A stretch of DNA of 64,000 bases from positions 23,482-87,481 of IMG/VR virus record IMGVR_UViG_2609460227_000001; one strand, written 5' to 3'. The notes beneath the pieces were generated by a model, which did no database searches, was not told the DNA's origin, and saw only the letters and a list, made by a program, of their open reading frames with translations. Each line of letters begins with the position of its first letter. Position 1 is the stretch's first letter. Source of the stretch: a virus (taxonomy: Duplodnaviria > Caudoviricetes). Shown here one piece after another: positions 62,897 through 64,000 of the stretch. Position numbers and translations under genes: made by a program.

Positions 62897-63446
62897 ACTT
62901 GGCTGGCTTTGGCAATGGCTTGCCTCTCAGCAAATTATGGCAAATTACCCAAAAATTGACTTTTTTCTTACGACCAAGAGGCTCATCTAAAGGGTATGCA
63001 CTCTCCACATGGAAACGCATTTTCCCGTTAGCTTTCCAAACACGATAGACAATTTGATACTCGACCTCATTGCCATCATCTTCAGTAACCCTACAACTAC
63101 AATAACGGCTATATCCGCCATGAAAACAAAAGTGTTCAGGTAATGTTTCAATTATCTGAGGTAACTGACGGGACAGAGAGTAGCGTCTTAGATCAAATAC
63201 CCTGCGATCTTTGGGGTATGGGTAAATAGATGACAAGTCAGGGCGCTCATCATCTTTAATGCTGCGAGTAAAACAATGATTAGAAAACGTAAAATAAATG
63301 GTGTAACACTCCTCTCTTTCCGGGTGCTGAAAAGAGACTTTTAAAGCATCAAGATGACCTAATTCATACTCGCTATCATCAACTTTATAGTTGATCCAGC
63401 TTTGTACTTCATTATCGGAGAGATTAAAAAGGCGGCGGGGGGCCAT
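62895..63446 (-). CDS. Low-GC accessory protein, possible BECR/RelE-like RNase
   Basis: FSNHCFTR, RVFDLRRYSLS..LPQII, FHVESAY; opposite strand, moron-like. Confidence 0.55.
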   Translation of the reverse strand: MAPRRLFNLSDNEVQSWINYKVDDSEYELGHLDALKVSFQHPEREECYTIYFTFSNHCFTRSIKDDERPDLSSIYPYPKDRRVFDLRRYSLSRQLPQIIETLPEHFCFHGGYSRYCSCRVTEDDGNEVEYQIVYRVWKANGKMRFHVESAYPLDEPLGRKKKVNFWVICHNLLRGKPLPKPAK

Positions 63447-64000
63447 TTGTCGCTATTTTCCTTTAGCCAGATGTAACAAAGGCTCCATCTAGGGAGCCTT
63501 CGCCAAGAGAAAATCTTGGAAATCGGAACGTCATTACCGGGCACAGCCTCGACCAACTAGAATTATATCCATAGCGTGGTTACGCGATGTCATAATTACC
63601 CCTGACACTTCACTTCTATGCCAATAGCACTTAAGCAAGCGATTTGACAATAAGACAATCCACATATTGTGTTTTGTGCAAATCATCCAGCAATTATGTC
63701 CGCTGCATCGTCAGTATTACTTTAGATGAGCAATCAATTGGTTGTCAACGAGTTTAATAACTTTTTGTATAACTTTTTTATTAACTTTTTTAGTAGGTTT
63801 CCCTTCTAAAAATCTTTAATCATTTGTTTAAAAACAAAAAAAGCGCCCGAAGGCGCTAAATTTGGGTACCGAGGTACCATTCAGAAATTCACCTCAAGCC
63901 AGGCAAGGCTTTTGGCTGGTGGCAGTATCTCGATTATTCACTGGCAGGTCAACAGTCAGGTAAAAACACGGGGTATTTGCCATAACACACCCAACTAAAA

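Overview
The window is about 64 kb of a P1-like (Punavirus-type) temperate myovirus phage-plasmid. The host is probably a Vibrionaceae member, inferred from an AphA-like regulator and CTA-rich codon use. Recognisable P1 homologues in largely P1 order are: pacA-pacB / c1 (opposite strand), ref-mat, the gp26-25-7-24-6-5-PAAR baseplate block, gp23 capsid, gp22 sheath, gp21, pmgG, bplB, tub, sit, pmgA, bplA, gp16, R, S fibre, lydAB, hdf, darA, ddrB and an hxr-like gene. It departs from P1 in several ways. Partition is actin-type (ParM/ParR). A short tyrosine recombinase plus a serine resolvase sit where P1 has cre. There are HicA/HicB-like modules and an AphA-like PadR regulator. DarA is greatly enlarged. 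No Cin invertible segment lies next to S; instead two paralogous T4-gp37-like distal fibres follow it, each preceded by a covarying two-hairpin RNA element. A TCCTAAC(AA) motif resembling the P1 C1 operator recurs in intergenic DNA. Many genes are split by single-base indels, most likely long-read sequencing errors, so they are reported as joined CDSs. No rRNA, tRNA or CRISPR array was seen. Family assignments come from recalled motifs and synteny, not database searches.
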